Source: Deinococcales bacterium (GTDB lineage Bacteria; Deinococcota; Deinococci; Deinococcales; JAAFIG01). From it: a stretch of DNA of 64,000 nucleotides. The stretch covers positions 148,345-212,344 of the forward strand of contig JANXTZ010000044.1 of the NCBI GenBank assembly GCA_025352125.1. The letters run 5' to 3'. Under the pieces are notes generated by a model. It was not told the origin of the DNA, did no database searches, and saw only the letters and a program-made list of their open reading frames with translations. The translations under genes were made by a program, and so were the position numbers. Numbering within the stretch: position 1 is the first letter of the stretch; each line of letters begins with the position of its first letter. Of the stretch, positions 26,269 through 36,250 are shown in pieces.

Positions 26269-27684
26269 TTAATTCCAGCGTCCACCACGTCCACGGACTT
26301 GTTCTGGCTCGGCGGCGGCGTAGCCAAATTCTTCGCTTCTCGAGACTTTCTTCTTGCCGTACAAACCCTCTAATATAAATTCGGCAGCGGACAGGGTGTG
26401 CGCGTCGCTTTGCCCTTCGGCAAGGTCGCGGGCGTAACGCAGCAAATTCGGAACTTTATCCAGGGCTTTCACGGCGACGCTCGAGCCGCCAACTTGCGGA
26501 ATGTTCAGGACGTTGCCCGCCTCAAACCAATCCTCGAGTTCTTTGGTGTTCAGTTTCCCAGCGCGTCTCGAGAAGACCGCGCCGGCGGCTTTGCGGATCA
26601 TGTCTTTGGCGATGGTGTCCGCGCCTTTCAACTCGCCCTCGTACTCGAGTTCCATCTTGCCGGTGATGGCGGGAAGTCCGGCGTACAAGTCCAGCGGTCG
26701 GGCAACGGCGTCAGTATTCTCGAGCAGTGATCTGCGTTCGGCGTTGCTGGCGACCAGTTCGATCAAACTGATTGGCAGGCGTTGCGAGACACCAGATTGC
26801 TTGTCCACGCGGTTGTCATCGCGGGCTTGGAAGGCGACCTCTTCGATAATCTCGGCGACAAATCCTGGAATGTCGGCTCGAGAACTCACGTCGGTTTCTT
26901 GACGGGTGATTTCCATGCCGCGTGCAATGTCGCTCGGGTAATGCGTGCGAATTTCTGAACCGATACGGTCTTTGAGTGGTGTAACGATCTTGCCCCTTGC
27001 GGTGTAATCTTCTGGGTTGGCGCTGAAGACCAGCATCACGTCAAGCTCGAGCCTGATTGGGTAGCCTTTGATTTGCACGTCGCCTTCTTGCATGATGTTG
27101 AACAGACCGACTTGAACTTTTGGCGCAAGGTCGGCAAGTTCGTTGACGGCAAATATTCCTCGGTTTGCCCTGGGCAACAAACCGTAATGGATGGTCAGTT
27201 CGTTGCCGAGGCTTTCACCCATGCGGGCGGCTTTGATCGGGTCAACGTCGCCGATCATGTCGGCGACGGTCACGTCTGGCGTGGCAAGTTTTTCGACGTA
27301 ACGGTGCGCCCTGGGCAACCAGCCAATTTTGGTGGCGTCGCCGTCGCGCTCCAAGATTCGTTTTGCCTCGCTCGAGATTGGGTTTAACGGGTCGTCATGG
27401 AGTTCTGTGCCCAGAACATAAGGCACTTCAGGATCGAGCAGCTCGGTGATGGCACGTAAAATTCTGGATTTGGCTTGACCGCGCAAACCCAGCAAAATAA
27501 AATTCTGCCTTGCCAGCAGGGCGTTCACGACTTGAGGGGTGACGGTGTCTTCGTAACCGACGACGCCAGGAAAAATTTGTTCGCCGGATTTAATCTTGTT
27601 GATCAGGTTTTCGCGGACTTCATCTTGAACGCTGCGGGCGCGATAACCAGAGGCTTTGAGATCTAAGAGGGTTGAGGCTTTCAT
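26269..27684 (-). CDS. AAA+ ATPase, Mg-chelatase ChlI/BchI-like (sigma54-interaction-domain type)
   Basis: P-loop-like [11 protein letters not shown], Walker B/sensor region ([11 protein letters not shown]), and a long C-terminal helical domain. It is adjacent to a VWA partner, as in chelatase-like pairs. Confidence 0.7.
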   Translation of the reverse strand: MKASTLLDLKASGYRARSVQDEVRENLINKIKSGEQIFPGVVGYEDTVTPQVVNALLARQNFILLGLRGQAKSRILRAITELLDPEVPYVLGTELHDDPLNPISSEAKRILERDGDATKIGWLPRAHRYVEKLATPDVTVADMIGDVDPIKAARMGESLGNELTIHYGLLPRANRGIFAVNELADLAPKVQVGLFNIMQEGDVQIKGYPIRLELDVMLVFSANPEDYTARGKIVTPLKDRIGSEIRTHYPSDIARGMEITRQETDVSSRADIPGFVAEIIEEVAFQARDDNRVDKQSGVSQRLPISLIELVASNAERRSLLENTDAVARPLDLYAGLPAITGKMELEYEGELKGADTIAKDMIRKAAGAVFSRRAGKLNTKELEDWFEAGNVLNIPQVGGSSVAVKALDKVPNLLRYARDLAEGQSDAHTLSAAEFILEGLYGKKKVSRSEEFGYAAAEPEQVRGRGGRWN

Positions 27685-27904
27685 TGCACCATCCTTGTTG
27701 ACAAGAGGGCGAAGGGAGGAATCTTGACCCCTAGCCTACCAGTCCAGCGCAAACCCGACTGTGCCTTGCATGACGGGATGCTCAAAAGTCAAATGCGCCA
27801 ACACCCGTGTAAAACAAGGTTTCTCGGGTATTTGTGCCGAAAATCAGCAATTTGGCTTAAACTAATCCATTAGAAGTGCCACATCATCTCGAGAATGGAC
27901 GCGC

Positions 27905-28537
27905 ATGTCACGAATTTTGCTGATTGAAGACAACCCAGATCAGGCGTTCGTTGCCAGCCGTTTTCTCGAGCGTGCAGGTTTTGCCGTGGCGCACGAACTG
28001 ACGGGTGCGGCAGGTTTGGAGGCGGCACGGGTTGGCATGTTCGATCTGGTCATGCTCGATTACCAACTGCCTGACACCGACGGTTTGACGCTGCTCGAGA
28101 AACTCTTGCCGTTCGGTGCGCCCGTGATTTTGGTGACGGGTCGCTCTGAGGCGCAACTGGCGGTCAAGGCGCTGCACGCTGGTGCAGCCAATTACATTGT
28201 CAAAGACTCGCATTACCTGGCAAAACTGCCCGACATTGCCAGGGACACGCTCGAGCGGGTTCAGGCGCAAAGCCTCGATTTGATTCCACCCAAACTCGAG
28301 CTTGACGAGAGCGAGACTTTGGAACGTTTCCGCCAGGTGGTTCGCGGTGCGCTCGCGCCACTGGTCAGCGTGTTTCACGAGCGTGTCAATTCTCAGCCGT
28401 TTGGTGATGCAGTCGAGGAACTCGAGCGGGTGCTTTCGAGTGCCGAGATGGTCTTGGATGAGGAACTCGAGGTGTTGGATCAGTTGTTGTACGAAGCAAT
28501 GTCCAAAGTGCTGGCGACTGCCCAAGCCCAAGCGTAA
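27905..28537 (+). CDS. Response-regulator receiver protein with uncharacterised C-terminal helical domain
   Basis: REC motifs ILLIEDNPD, LVMLDYQLPDTDG, ILVTG, and K in YIVKD. No DNA-binding domain recognised. Confidence 0.8.
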   Translation: MSRILLIEDNPDQAFVASRFLERAGFAVAHELTGAAGLEAARVGMFDLVMLDYQLPDTDGLTLLEKLLPFGAPVILVTGRSEAQLAVKALHAGAANYIVKDSHYLAKLPDIARDTLERVQAQSLDLIPPKLELDESETLERFRQVVRGALAPLVSVFHERVNSQPFGDAVEELERVLSSAEMVLDEELEVLDQLLYEAMSKVLATAQAQA

Positions 28538-28563
28538 AAAGCTCGAGTTCTTAAAACTCGAGC
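28536..28563 (-). terminator. Rho-independent terminator built from two CTCGAG sites (downstream of the yceI-like gene; also abuts the REC gene stop)
   Basis: The minus strand reads GCTCGAG-ttttaagaa-CTCGAGC followed by TTTTTA, 22 nt after the YceI stop. Confidence 0.65.
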
Positions 28564-28584
28564 CATCTTGATGGGTGCTTTGTT

Positions 28585-29127
28585 TTACGCGGCTGGGGTG
28601 GCTGGTGGAATCACGGCTTCAATCTCGAGCGTGATCTTGATTTCATCGCCGACCACCAAAGCGCCAAACTCGAGCACTTGATTCCAGGTCAAATCCCATT
28701 CTTTGCGCGAAATTTTGCCGGTGGCGCTGGCGGCGGTGCGCGTCATGCCCCAAGGGTCTTTGATGGCAGCCACAGTTTCAACCTCGAGCGTGACAGGTTT
28801 GGTGATGCCGTGCATGCTCAGATCGCCGGTGACGGTGTATTCGTTGCCACCTTTGGCTTGAACATTGGTGCTTTTGAAGGTGATGGTCGGGTGGGTTGCC
28901 ACGTCAAAAAAGTCAGGGCTTTTGAGGTGTCCGTCGCGTTGGGCATCTTTGGTGTCGATGCTGCTGGCGTCAATATTGGCTTCAATGCTCTCGAGCGCCC
29001 CAGATTCGTTGGTGGTGACTGTTCCCGAAAGGGCTTTGAAGTGACCGCGAACGGTGGAGATTGCCATGTGTTTGACGGCGAAGTCGAGGCTGGTGTGGCT
29101 GGCGTCAATGTTCCAAGTTTGGCTCAT
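28585..29127 (-). CDS. YceI-family (polyisoprenoid-binding) protein
   Basis: WNIDASHTSLDFAVKHMAISTVRGHF is the YceI signature. The ATG at 29127 is preceded by SD AGGAGGA. Confidence 0.85.
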   Translation of the reverse strand: MSQTWNIDASHTSLDFAVKHMAISTVRGHFKALSGTVTTNESGALESIEANIDASSIDTKDAQRDGHLKSPDFFDVATHPTITFKSTNVQAKGGNEYTVTGDLSMHGITKPVTLEVETVAAIKDPWGMTRTAASATGKISRKEWDLTWNQVLEFGALVVGDEIKITLEIEAVIPPATPAA

Positions 29128-29225
29128 GTGTTGTTCCTCCTGTTGGGTGATCCCGAACAAATAGTAGTATATATTCCATAGTAATTAATAATGTAAAGTA
29201 AAATACCAACTCGTGCTAAAATAAA

Positions 29226-29570
29226 TTGGTGAACGAGGTACAACCATCCTGTCCAGCCGTGGAAGCCATTTCTTTTCTGCAAGAGAAATGGGTTTTGTAC
29301 ATTGTACGTACCCTGCTGGACGGCACCAAAGGCTTTAATGAAATCCGCCGAAATGTCGGCAACTGCAACCCCAGCACGCTCTCAGAACGCCTCGAGATGC
29401 TCGAGTCGGAGGGCATTGTCAGTAAAACCGTTCACAGCACCATGCCGCCACGCACCAGTTACAGGCTGACCTGCGCGGGCTATGAGCTTCAAACTGTTGT
29501 GGCTGCCATTGATTCCTGGGCGCGAGTCCATTGGAAACCAGTCCCAACACCCGAACTCGAGCCAGCCTAA
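29226..29570 (+). CDS. HxlR-family transcriptional regulator
   Basis: CPAVEAISFLQEKWVLYIVRTLLDGTKGFNEIRR...LSERLEMLESEGIV is the HxlR wHTH pattern. It is divergent from yceI. Confidence 0.85.
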   Translation: MVNEVQPSCPAVEAISFLQEKWVLYIVRTLLDGTKGFNEIRRNVGNCNPSTLSERLEMLESEGIVSKTVHSTMPPRTSYRLTCAGYELQTVVAAIDSWARVHWKPVPTPELEPA

Positions 29571-29573
29571 ATT

Positions 29574-30077
29574 TTACAAACCCAATTTCGTGGTGACTGC
29601 CGCGATTAAAGCTGCGTCGGCAGAGGCATTTTCGGGTTCGTACATTGTAAAATGATGCTGCATCGAAATCCAGGGTGCGCGGTCATCGGTTTTGTCCGTC
29701 GCAGGGTTCACGCCGTACACACCATCGCTGCCCAGCATCCAAAGACGTTCCTTGGCTAAACCCGCCGCATCCAGATGCTCGAGCGTGTCCAAATACAGGT
29801 ACAAACCCCTGCGAAAACCGTTTGCCGTGAACCTGTGTCATAAGTTTTGCTGCTTGGGTTTTTGCGCATCTGGAATGATCGGGTCGCCCTTTTCCCCATT
29901 TTATTTTATGATTTCGCACCCGTAACCCACAAAATAACCGTAATCGGGTTTAAAACAAGTTCAGGACGCGAGCCACACGCGGTCAAAAACAATGAAGTCA
30001 ACACAGCAATTGGGCGTAGCAACATAAAAACCTCGAGCATTCAGGATGAGTTTGAATATCGGGTTCCAGTATTGCAT
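29574..30077 (-). pseudogene. Degraded gene remnant (several frame breaks)
   Basis: Own translation gives four consecutive fragments in different frames: MQYWNPIFKLILNARGFYVATPNCCVDF.., ELVLNPITVILWVTGAKS, NGEKGDPIIPDAQKPKQQNL, and the 76-aa tracked ORF. Family not recognised. Confidence 0.4.
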
Positions 30078-30158
30078 TTTGGGCAAGAAACACAAGGCAA
30101 AAAATCACACCACAAAACCAAACGGTATCGTGTAAAACAGTTTTCAAATCTCGAGAAA

Positions 30159-30710
30159 CTACGAGGCGACCACGGGTTTGGGCAGGTCAATCAACTTCAA
30201 CATCGGAATTTCCTTGCAATTGGTCAAAAACGGACAACGCTGACACTCGCCGTAAATTTCTTGCGGCAATGTGGCTTCCTCACGGGGGATTCTGGCATAG
30301 CCACAACGTTCAAAAAAGCGTTGCTCGTACGTCCAGGCGAACAAGCGCTTCAAACCCCAGTCCCGAGCCATTCTTTCCGCGCCAAGCACCAACCAACGCC
30401 CCAAACCCTTGCCTTGATAATTGGGCGCAACCGCCAAACCGCGAACCTCCGCCAAATCTTCTGCCATACGGTGCAAACCTACCACTCCCGCAAACCCATG
30501 ATGTTGATCCTCGAGCAACAAAAACTCGTGAATCGTACTCGCCAGCAGTTCAGGACTACGCTCGAGCATCCGCCCACGTTCCGCCCAATATTTGATGAGG
30601 TCATACAGTCTTGGGATGTCCTCGAGTGTCGCCGCACGAAGCTCGAGCGGAACGGCAGGGGAGAGTTGAGGCAGCGGGTTGGCGGGTTGAAACTCGAGCG
30701 GGTTGGGCAT
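30159..30710 (-). CDS. GNAT acetyltransferase (amino-acid N-acetyltransferase-like), downstream of argH
   Basis: The ATG at 30710 is preceded by a strong SD AAGGAGGA. GNAT motif GLAVAPNYQGKGLGRWLV. C-terminal Cys motif CQRCP..NC. Confidence 0.8.
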   Translation of the reverse strand: MPNPLEFQPANPLPQLSPAVPLELRAATLEDIPRLYDLIKYWAERGRMLERSPELLASTIHEFLLLEDQHHGFAGVVGLHRMAEDLAEVRGLAVAPNYQGKGLGRWLVLGAERMARDWGLKRLFAWTYEQRFFERCGYARIPREEATLPQEIYGECQRCPFLTNCKEIPMLKLIDLPKPVVAS

Positions 30711-30777
30711 TTTTGGGTTTCCTCCTTTGGGAAAATGAATAAATTGATGCAACGGCAAGGCACATGGCAATGCGCCC

Positions 30778-32166
30778 CTACGGATTTTGGATGGATTTTC
30801 TGGCAGCTTCAATGGCTTCTTGAACCCGAATTGGGGCTGTGCCGCCGTAGCTAGTTCGGGCGTTGACACTTGCTTCCACCGTCACCACCTCGAGCGCTGC
30901 CAGTGACAGTTTTGGATGCGCTTGCTCGAGTTCGGAAGCTGTGAGTTCCCAAAGTTGACGTTTGGTGTTGACGCACGAACCCACCAGTTTTCCAACGACC
31001 TCATGCGCGTCACGAAATGGCACACCTTGACGCGCCAAGTAATCTGCCAAGTCGGTGGCGGTGCTGTACCCTCGAGCCGCCGCGAGTTTGGTCGTCTCGG
31101 TTTGCCATGCGCATTTTGGTAGCATCTGGGCATAAAGTTGCAAGATCACCTCGAGCGTGTCGGCGGCATCAAATACGGGTTCTTTGTCTTCCTGAAAATC
31201 CTTGTTGTAAGCCAGTGGTGTACCTTTCACGACGGTCAACAATGCCATCAGATCACCAAACACCCGCCCAGCTTTGCCTCGAGCCAGTTCACTCACATCA
31301 GGATTTTTCTTTTGCGGCATGATGCTGCTGCCTGTGGTGTGCGAATCGGGCAAGATTACAAAACCAAACTCGAAGCTCGAGTACAGAATCAACTCCTCAG
31401 AAATTCTGGACAAGGTCGCCATACAAATGCTGGTGGCACTCAAAAACTCGAGCGCGAAATCCCGAGAACCCACACTGTCCAAACTGTTGCGGGTTGGGGC
31501 AGCGAAACCCAACTTTTTGGCGGTGGCAAAACGATCAATCTGCCACGGCGTTCCCGCCAGAGCGCCAGCCCCGAGTGGACTTTCATTCATGCGATTTGCC
31601 GCGTCGTAAAACCTCGAGATGTCACGATTGAACATCTCAAAATACGCCATAAACCAGTGCGACAACAAAATCGGTTGCGCCACCTGCAAATGCGTGTAGC
31701 CAGGCATGATCGTGCCAAAATTTCGTTCCGCCTCGGACACCATGACCTCACGCAACACCTCGAGTTTGTGCGCCATGCGAAGACAAGCCTTTTTAACCCA
31801 CAACCGAAAATCGAGCGCCACCTGATCGTTCCTCGAGCGTGCCGTGTGGAGTTTTCCAGCGACAGCCCCAATCAATTCTTTCAAGCGCGTTTCGACGTTC
31901 ATGTGAACATCCTCGAGTTCGGTACGCCACGGGAACACGTCAGACTCGACCTCTTTTAGGATGTTCTCCAAACCATCCAAAATCTGTTGCACTTCAAAAG
32001 CCTCGAGAATCCCAACCGCGCCCAACATGCTCACATGTGCCTTGCTGCCCGCGATGTCCTCGAGTACAAGGCGTTTATCGAAGTCCACGCTGGCATTAAA
32101 AGCCTCAACGAGTTTGTCAGTCGGGGCTTCAAAACGTCCACCCCACGGTTTTTTAGTGTTGCTCAT
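30778..32166 (-). CDS. argH: Argininosuccinate lyase
   Basis: WGGRF N-terminus, HTARSRNDQV, and fumarate-lyase signature GSSIMPQKKNPD. Confidence 0.95.
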   Translation of the reverse strand: MSNTKKPWGGRFEAPTDKLVEAFNASVDFDKRLVLEDIAGSKAHVSMLGAVGILEAFEVQQILDGLENILKEVESDVFPWRTELEDVHMNVETRLKELIGAVAGKLHTARSRNDQVALDFRLWVKKACLRMAHKLEVLREVMVSEAERNFGTIMPGYTHLQVAQPILLSHWFMAYFEMFNRDISRFYDAANRMNESPLGAGALAGTPWQIDRFATAKKLGFAAPTRNSLDSVGSRDFALEFLSATSICMATLSRISEELILYSSFEFGFVILPDSHTTGSSIMPQKKNPDVSELARGKAGRVFGDLMALLTVVKGTPLAYNKDFQEDKEPVFDAADTLEVILQLYAQMLPKCAWQTETTKLAAARGYSTATDLADYLARQGVPFRDAHEVVGKLVGSCVNTKRQLWELTASELEQAHPKLSLAALEVVTVEASVNARTSYGGTAPIRVQEAIEAARKSIQNP

Positions 32167-32693
32167 GCGAAATCTCCTCGAGTTGGGGCGCGATGAAATA
32201 AATATTTTCGCATTGTAATTGGTTTTTGACTGTTCGGATTGGCATGGCTGTATTTGATGCCGTCATCCTCAAAAAAACCTTGACGCTTGTAAAACTCGAG
32301 CAAGCCAGGCTCGTCGGTTCGCACCGCAAGCCGCAATTCTTCAATCCCGCTCGAGGTCGCCCGAATCATAATTTCATTCATCAGCCAAGTCGAAAGTCCA
32401 CGTCCACGGTAAGCGGGCAGAATGCCGAGCCGACCAATCTCCCAAGCAATCGCGCCGTGATACGTGACCTCGGGCGTGCTTTCACCCATCACAGGGTAAT
32501 AACGCACGCTGCCCACCGCAATACCCTCGAGACACATGATTATCGCGCTGCCTTCACGCAAACTTTTTTCCACCGCCTCAACCGATTCAGTATGTCCGCT
32601 TGAGTTTGCGGGTTTCCCAACCCAGCATTCACGCGTGAGGCGTGCAATCAAAGCCGCATCCTCGAGTGTGGCGGTATAAAGTTCTGGAATCAT
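32163..32693 (-). CDS. GNAT family N-acetyltransferase
   Basis: ILPAYRGRGLSTWLMNE acetyl-CoA motif. 4-nt overlaps with both neighbours. Confidence 0.8.
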   Translation of the reverse strand: MIPELYTATLEDAALIARLTRECWVGKPANSSGHTESVEAVEKSLREGSAIIMCLEGIAVGSVRYYPVMGESTPEVTYHGAIAWEIGRLGILPAYRGRGLSTWLMNEIMIRATSSGIEELRLAVRTDEPGLLEFYKRQGFFEDDGIKYSHANPNSQKPITMRKYLFHRAPTRGDFA

Positions 32694-33172
32694 GATGGTT
32701 CTTTCAAAAGTTCTGGAATATTTTCAGGCTCGAGCCAGCGAACGCATTTTTGTTTTTCTCGAGCGTACAAAATTTCTCGAGTGGCGCTTTCACCCACATA
32801 ACCGTCCACGTTCACCACCAGAATTTCGTCTGCCAGATCAATTTTTTGAAAATGTAGTTTCTCTAGTTTTTGTTTGAGTTCCTCGAGTTCGGATTGGGTT
32901 TTAGCTGCAAAAATTGCATTTTCGGTTTCTCGGTTTGAAGCGATTGAAAGCACAATTTTCCCAGCCAGAGTTTCCTCGAGATTCAGTTTTGAGAACACGT
33001 CATAAAACCGTGTTGAACCGCACAAGCACACGATGGTTGGACGCTCGAGATTTAAGAAGAATAGCGGAATCACCATGCTAAACTCGGCAGTATTTTGCTC
33101 GAATTCATCGGTTTCTTGGTCAGTCCAAGTTCCAGCCAGATGAGTCAAATCACGTTTTTTCTCGAGCATCAA
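32690..33172 (-). CDS. Hypothetical protein (possibly nucleoside 2-deoxyribosyltransferase-like fold)
   Basis: IVCLCGSTRF...KIDLADEILVVNVDGYVGESATREILYA pattern. The assignment is tentative. Confidence 0.5.
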   Translation of the reverse strand: MMLEKKRDLTHLAGTWTDQETDEFEQNTAEFSMVIPLFFLNLERPTIVCLCGSTRFYDVFSKLNLEETLAGKIVLSIASNRETENAIFAAKTQSELEELKQKLEKLHFQKIDLADEILVVNVDGYVGESATREILYAREKQKCVRWLEPENIPELLKEPS

Positions 33173-33225
33173 AATTCACCTCACAGCCGACTTCAACCCT
33201 TTTGCAACCATGTCTAAACTCGAGC

Positions 33226-33741
33226 TTAAAAAAACTTCCCATCAAAAAATTCTTGAGCAACTTGGGTGTGCAACGGAAAACCCAATGATGCAAAAGATTT
33301 CAAAACCGTCACCTCAGACGTTTCGCTCGAGACACTCAAACCCTCGAGCACGTTTGAAGCCTGAACTGGCGCAACCCCAAAAATCAAAATGGTGCTGTCA
33401 GGAGCGCTCAAAACATCTGCCAAACGAATTGATTCCGGCTCGAGTTGCAAACCTGTTTCTTCAAAAACTTCTCGAGTCGCACCCATCTGCCACGATTCGC
33501 CGTAACCGATAAAACCACCTGGCAAAGCAAGTTGCCCTTCTTTGGGTGGAATGCTGCGCCGAATCACCAACAAACCCAATGCGTCCGTGTTCTCGAGTTT
33601 CACGGGGACGAGTGTGACCGCGACGGGCGTGGGATTGCGGTAACTGGTGCGGTTGCAACCCGAGCAAACCCGAGTGTGAATGGGTTGATCGGGCGTGAAG
33701 GCTGTTCCGCAGTAACCGCAATGGGCAAATGGGTCGTTCAT
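33226..33741 (-). CDS. NUDIX hydrolase with N-terminal zinc ribbon
   Basis: CGYCG...CSGCN zinc ribbon. Nudix box GGFIGYGESWQMGATREVFEETG. Confidence 0.85.
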   Translation of the reverse strand: MNDPFAHCGYCGTAFTPDQPIHTRVCSGCNRTSYRNPTPVAVTLVPVKLENTDALGLLVIRRSIPPKEGQLALPGGFIGYGESWQMGATREVFEETGLQLEPESIRLADVLSAPDSTILIFGVAPVQASNVLEGLSVSSETSEVTVLKSFASLGFPLHTQVAQEFFDGKFF

Positions 33742-33744
33742 AAG

Positions 33745-34947
33745 TTAATCCTTTTGAAGGCGTGCCCGAACTCGAGCGCGAAGGGCATTCAGTTTGATGA
33801 ATCCGCCAGCGTCGGCTTGGTCGTACACGGTCTCTTTTTCAAACGTGACCAAGGTCGGGTCGTACAGGCTGATCGGGGATTTGCGTCCAACCACCAGCGC
33901 TTGCCCCTTGAACATTTTCATGCGGGCAATGCCTGTGGTGCTTTTTGCCACATGGTCAAAGTAGACCTGCATCGATTCGCGCTCACTGGTGAACCAAAAG
34001 CCGTTGTACACAAGTTCGGCGTATTTGGCTTGCATACTGTCTCGAGTGTGCAGTACCTCGCGGTCGAGGGTGATGCTTTCGACGGCGCGACGGGCGTGGT
34101 ACAGGAGCGTGCCGCCTGGGGTTTCGTAGACCCCCCTGGATTTCATGCCGACAAAACGGTTCTCGACCAAGTCCACCACGCCAATGCCGTGATTGCCAGC
34201 AATCTGGTTGGCTTTCTCGAGTAACGCGGCTGGGCTTAATTTCTCGCCGTTGATGGCAATGGGGTCGCCTGCTACAAATTCGATTTCGACGTATTCGGGC
34301 GTGTTTGGGGTGTCTTCGATGTACTTGGTCAGTTTGAACATGCCTCCTGGCGGTTCAGTCCAGGGGTCCTCGAGAATTCCGCCCTCGAAGCTGTTGTGCA
34401 ACAAATTGGAGTCCACGCTGTACGGTTTGGCAGCGCTGACTGGGACTGGAATGTTGTGTTTGGCGGCAAATTCCATCAGTTCTTTGCGCCCACTTGGACC
34501 CCATTCGCGCCACGGTGCAATGATCTTGATTTCTGGGTTGAGGGCGTAGGCACTCACCTCAAAACGCACCTGATCGTTGCCTTTGCCAGTCGCGCCGTGC
34601 GAGATGGCTTCGGCGTTTTCTTTGAAGGCAATGTCCACCAAATGCTTGGCAATCAGGGGTCGGGCAATGCTCGTGCCGAGCAGATAATAACCTTCGTACA
34701 GGGCGGATGATCGTTGCATCGGAAAGACAAAATCGCGCACAAATTCTTCGCGTAAATCCAGAGCATATGCGGCAACCGCGCCAGTGTTGAGGGCTTTGAC
34801 TCGAGCCTCCTCGACCTCCTCGCCCTGTCCAATGTCGGCGGTGAAGCACACAACTTCATAATCGCGCTCGAGTTGAAGCCATTTCAAGATCATGCTGGTG
34901 TCCAAGCCACCGCTGTAGGCGAGTACCACTTTTTTCTTGTCAGACAT
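33745..34947 (-). CDS. argG: Argininosuccinate synthase
   Basis: [12 protein letters not shown]-binding motif and [15 protein letters not shown] signature. Confidence 0.95.
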   Translation of the reverse strand: MSDKKKVVLAYSGGLDTSMILKWLQLERDYEVVCFTADIGQGEEVEEARVKALNTGAVAAYALDLREEFVRDFVFPMQRSSALYEGYYLLGTSIARPLIAKHLVDIAFKENAEAISHGATGKGNDQVRFEVSAYALNPEIKIIAPWREWGPSGRKELMEFAAKHNIPVPVSAAKPYSVDSNLLHNSFEGGILEDPWTEPPGGMFKLTKYIEDTPNTPEYVEIEFVAGDPIAINGEKLSPAALLEKANQIAGNHGIGVVDLVENRFVGMKSRGVYETPGGTLLYHARRAVESITLDREVLHTRDSMQAKYAELVYNGFWFTSERESMQVYFDHVAKSTTGIARMKMFKGQALVVGRKSPISLYDPTLVTFEKETVYDQADAGGFIKLNALRARVRARLQKD

Positions 34948-35101
34948 TTTTGTTCCTCCGGTTTCTGGCAGACAGCATAAACCGCCCGTCGATGGCTCGA
35001 GTATCCCAGATTTGGGCGCTCGAGTTCAGGAGGGTCGTCGGTTGATGGTCATGGTTTGTCAATGCCCGAGTTTTATTCACTCGACTGCATACTTATTCAT
35101 A

Positions 35102-35341
35102 TCATTTTGCGGCGTTCGGGTCAAGCTCATCGTGCACCCAAAACTCGAGCACATGATCGATCCAATCGTCAGGCACGCGCCGAGCCGCCAAATACTGCAA
35201 TTGTTCAACCCGTGACATGGCGTACCAGAATGGAAACCATTCCTCATGCAGCCACAATTCGCTGTTGCCTTGACGCCAACCAGCCCACCAGGGCGGTTTG
35301 TCGGGATATTGAACCCAGGGTGGCAGAATCTCGGAATACAC
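35102..35341 (-). CDS. Hypothetical Trp-rich small protein
   Basis: 79-aa ORF (PPWWAGWRQGNSELWLHEEWFPFWY). No family recognised. Confidence 0.4.
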   Translation of the reverse strand: MYSEILPPWVQYPDKPPWWAGWRQGNSELWLHEEWFPFWYAMSRVEQLQYLAARRVPDDWIDHVLEFWVHDELDPNAAK

Positions 35342-35461
35342 AACCCAATATCAACAAAAATTAATGTTCTTATCGTGAGATAGGCTCGAGAAGTGTTGAA
35401 GACTGACCATGCCCCAAGCATAAATCTTTGATGGTTTTCACATTCAGAATATACTTTTGGA

Positions 35462-36250
35462 ATGGAAAAACTTAAAGACAAAGTTGCCCTGGTCACTGGC
35501 GCGAGTCGTGGTGTGGGCAAAGGAATTGCGCTCGAGCTGGCTGAGGCTGGAGCAATAGTGTACGTGACCGGGCGTTCGCTCAACGAATCTCAACCCAACG
35601 ATAAGAACATTATTGCTTTCAAATGCGATCATAGCGATGACGATCAAACTCGAGCGGCACTGGCTCGAATTCAGTCCGAACAAGGTCGTTTGGACATTCT
35701 GGTGAACAATGTTTGGGGTGGTTATGAAAACATGGTTGAAGACGGTCAGTTCACGTGGGAATTTCCGTTCTGGCAGCAACCACTTTGGCGCTGGGATGCC
35801 ATGTTTCAAGCGGGAGTTCGGGCTTTCTTTGTGACCAGTCAATTGGCAGCACCAATCATGGTCGCACAAAAAAGTGGTTTGATCGTCAACATTTCGTTCT
35901 GGGCAGCACAAAAATTTATAGGCAACGTCATTTACGGCGTTTCCAAAGCGGCAACAGACAAAATGAGCGCTGACATGGCACACGATTTACTCGAGCATCA
36001 AGTCTCGGTTGTTTCCCTTTACCCCGGGTTGGTCCGAACCGAAAAAGTGATGGAATCTGCCGAATGGTTTGACCTGAGCAACTCGGAATCCCCAGAATTT
36101 ATAGGTCGTGCTTTGGTTGGGCTTGCCAGCGACGCAAAACGGCTCGAGAAAACAGGGCAAGTGCTGATTGCGGCAGCATTGGCTCGAGAGTATGGTTTTA
36201 CTGACACTGATGGGAAATCGCCAAGACCCTTGATCTTAGCTGAGGTTTAA
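35462..36250 (+). CDS. Short-chain dehydrogenase/reductase (SDR)
   Basis: TGASRGVGKG cofactor motif, NNVWG, YGVSKAA catalytic YxxxK. Confidence 0.9.
   Translation: MEKLKDKVALVTGASRGVGKGIALELAEAGAIVYVTGRSLNESQPNDKNIIAFKCDHSDDDQTRAALARIQSEQGRLDILVNNVWGGYENMVEDGQFTWEFPFWQQPLWRWDAMFQAGVRAFFVTSQLAAPIMVAQKSGLIVNISFWAAQKFIGNVIYGVSKAATDKMSADMAHDLLEHQVSVVSLYPGLVRTEKVMESAEWFDLSNSESPEFIGRALVGLASDAKRLEKTGQVLIAAALAREYGFTDTDGKSPRPLILAEV

Noticed and set aside
29847-30854. 335-aa plus-strand ORF
   Set aside because: It is antisense to the GNAT and argH genes and to the pseudogene remnant. The product is low-complexity and Arg/Gln-rich with no motif. It is a shadow ORF.
35077-35983. Minus-strand ORFs 35077..35583 and 35444..35983
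   Set aside because: They are antisense to or overlap the SDR gene and the small Trp-rich ORF, with no motifs. The SDR frame has TGxxxGxG and YxxxK.
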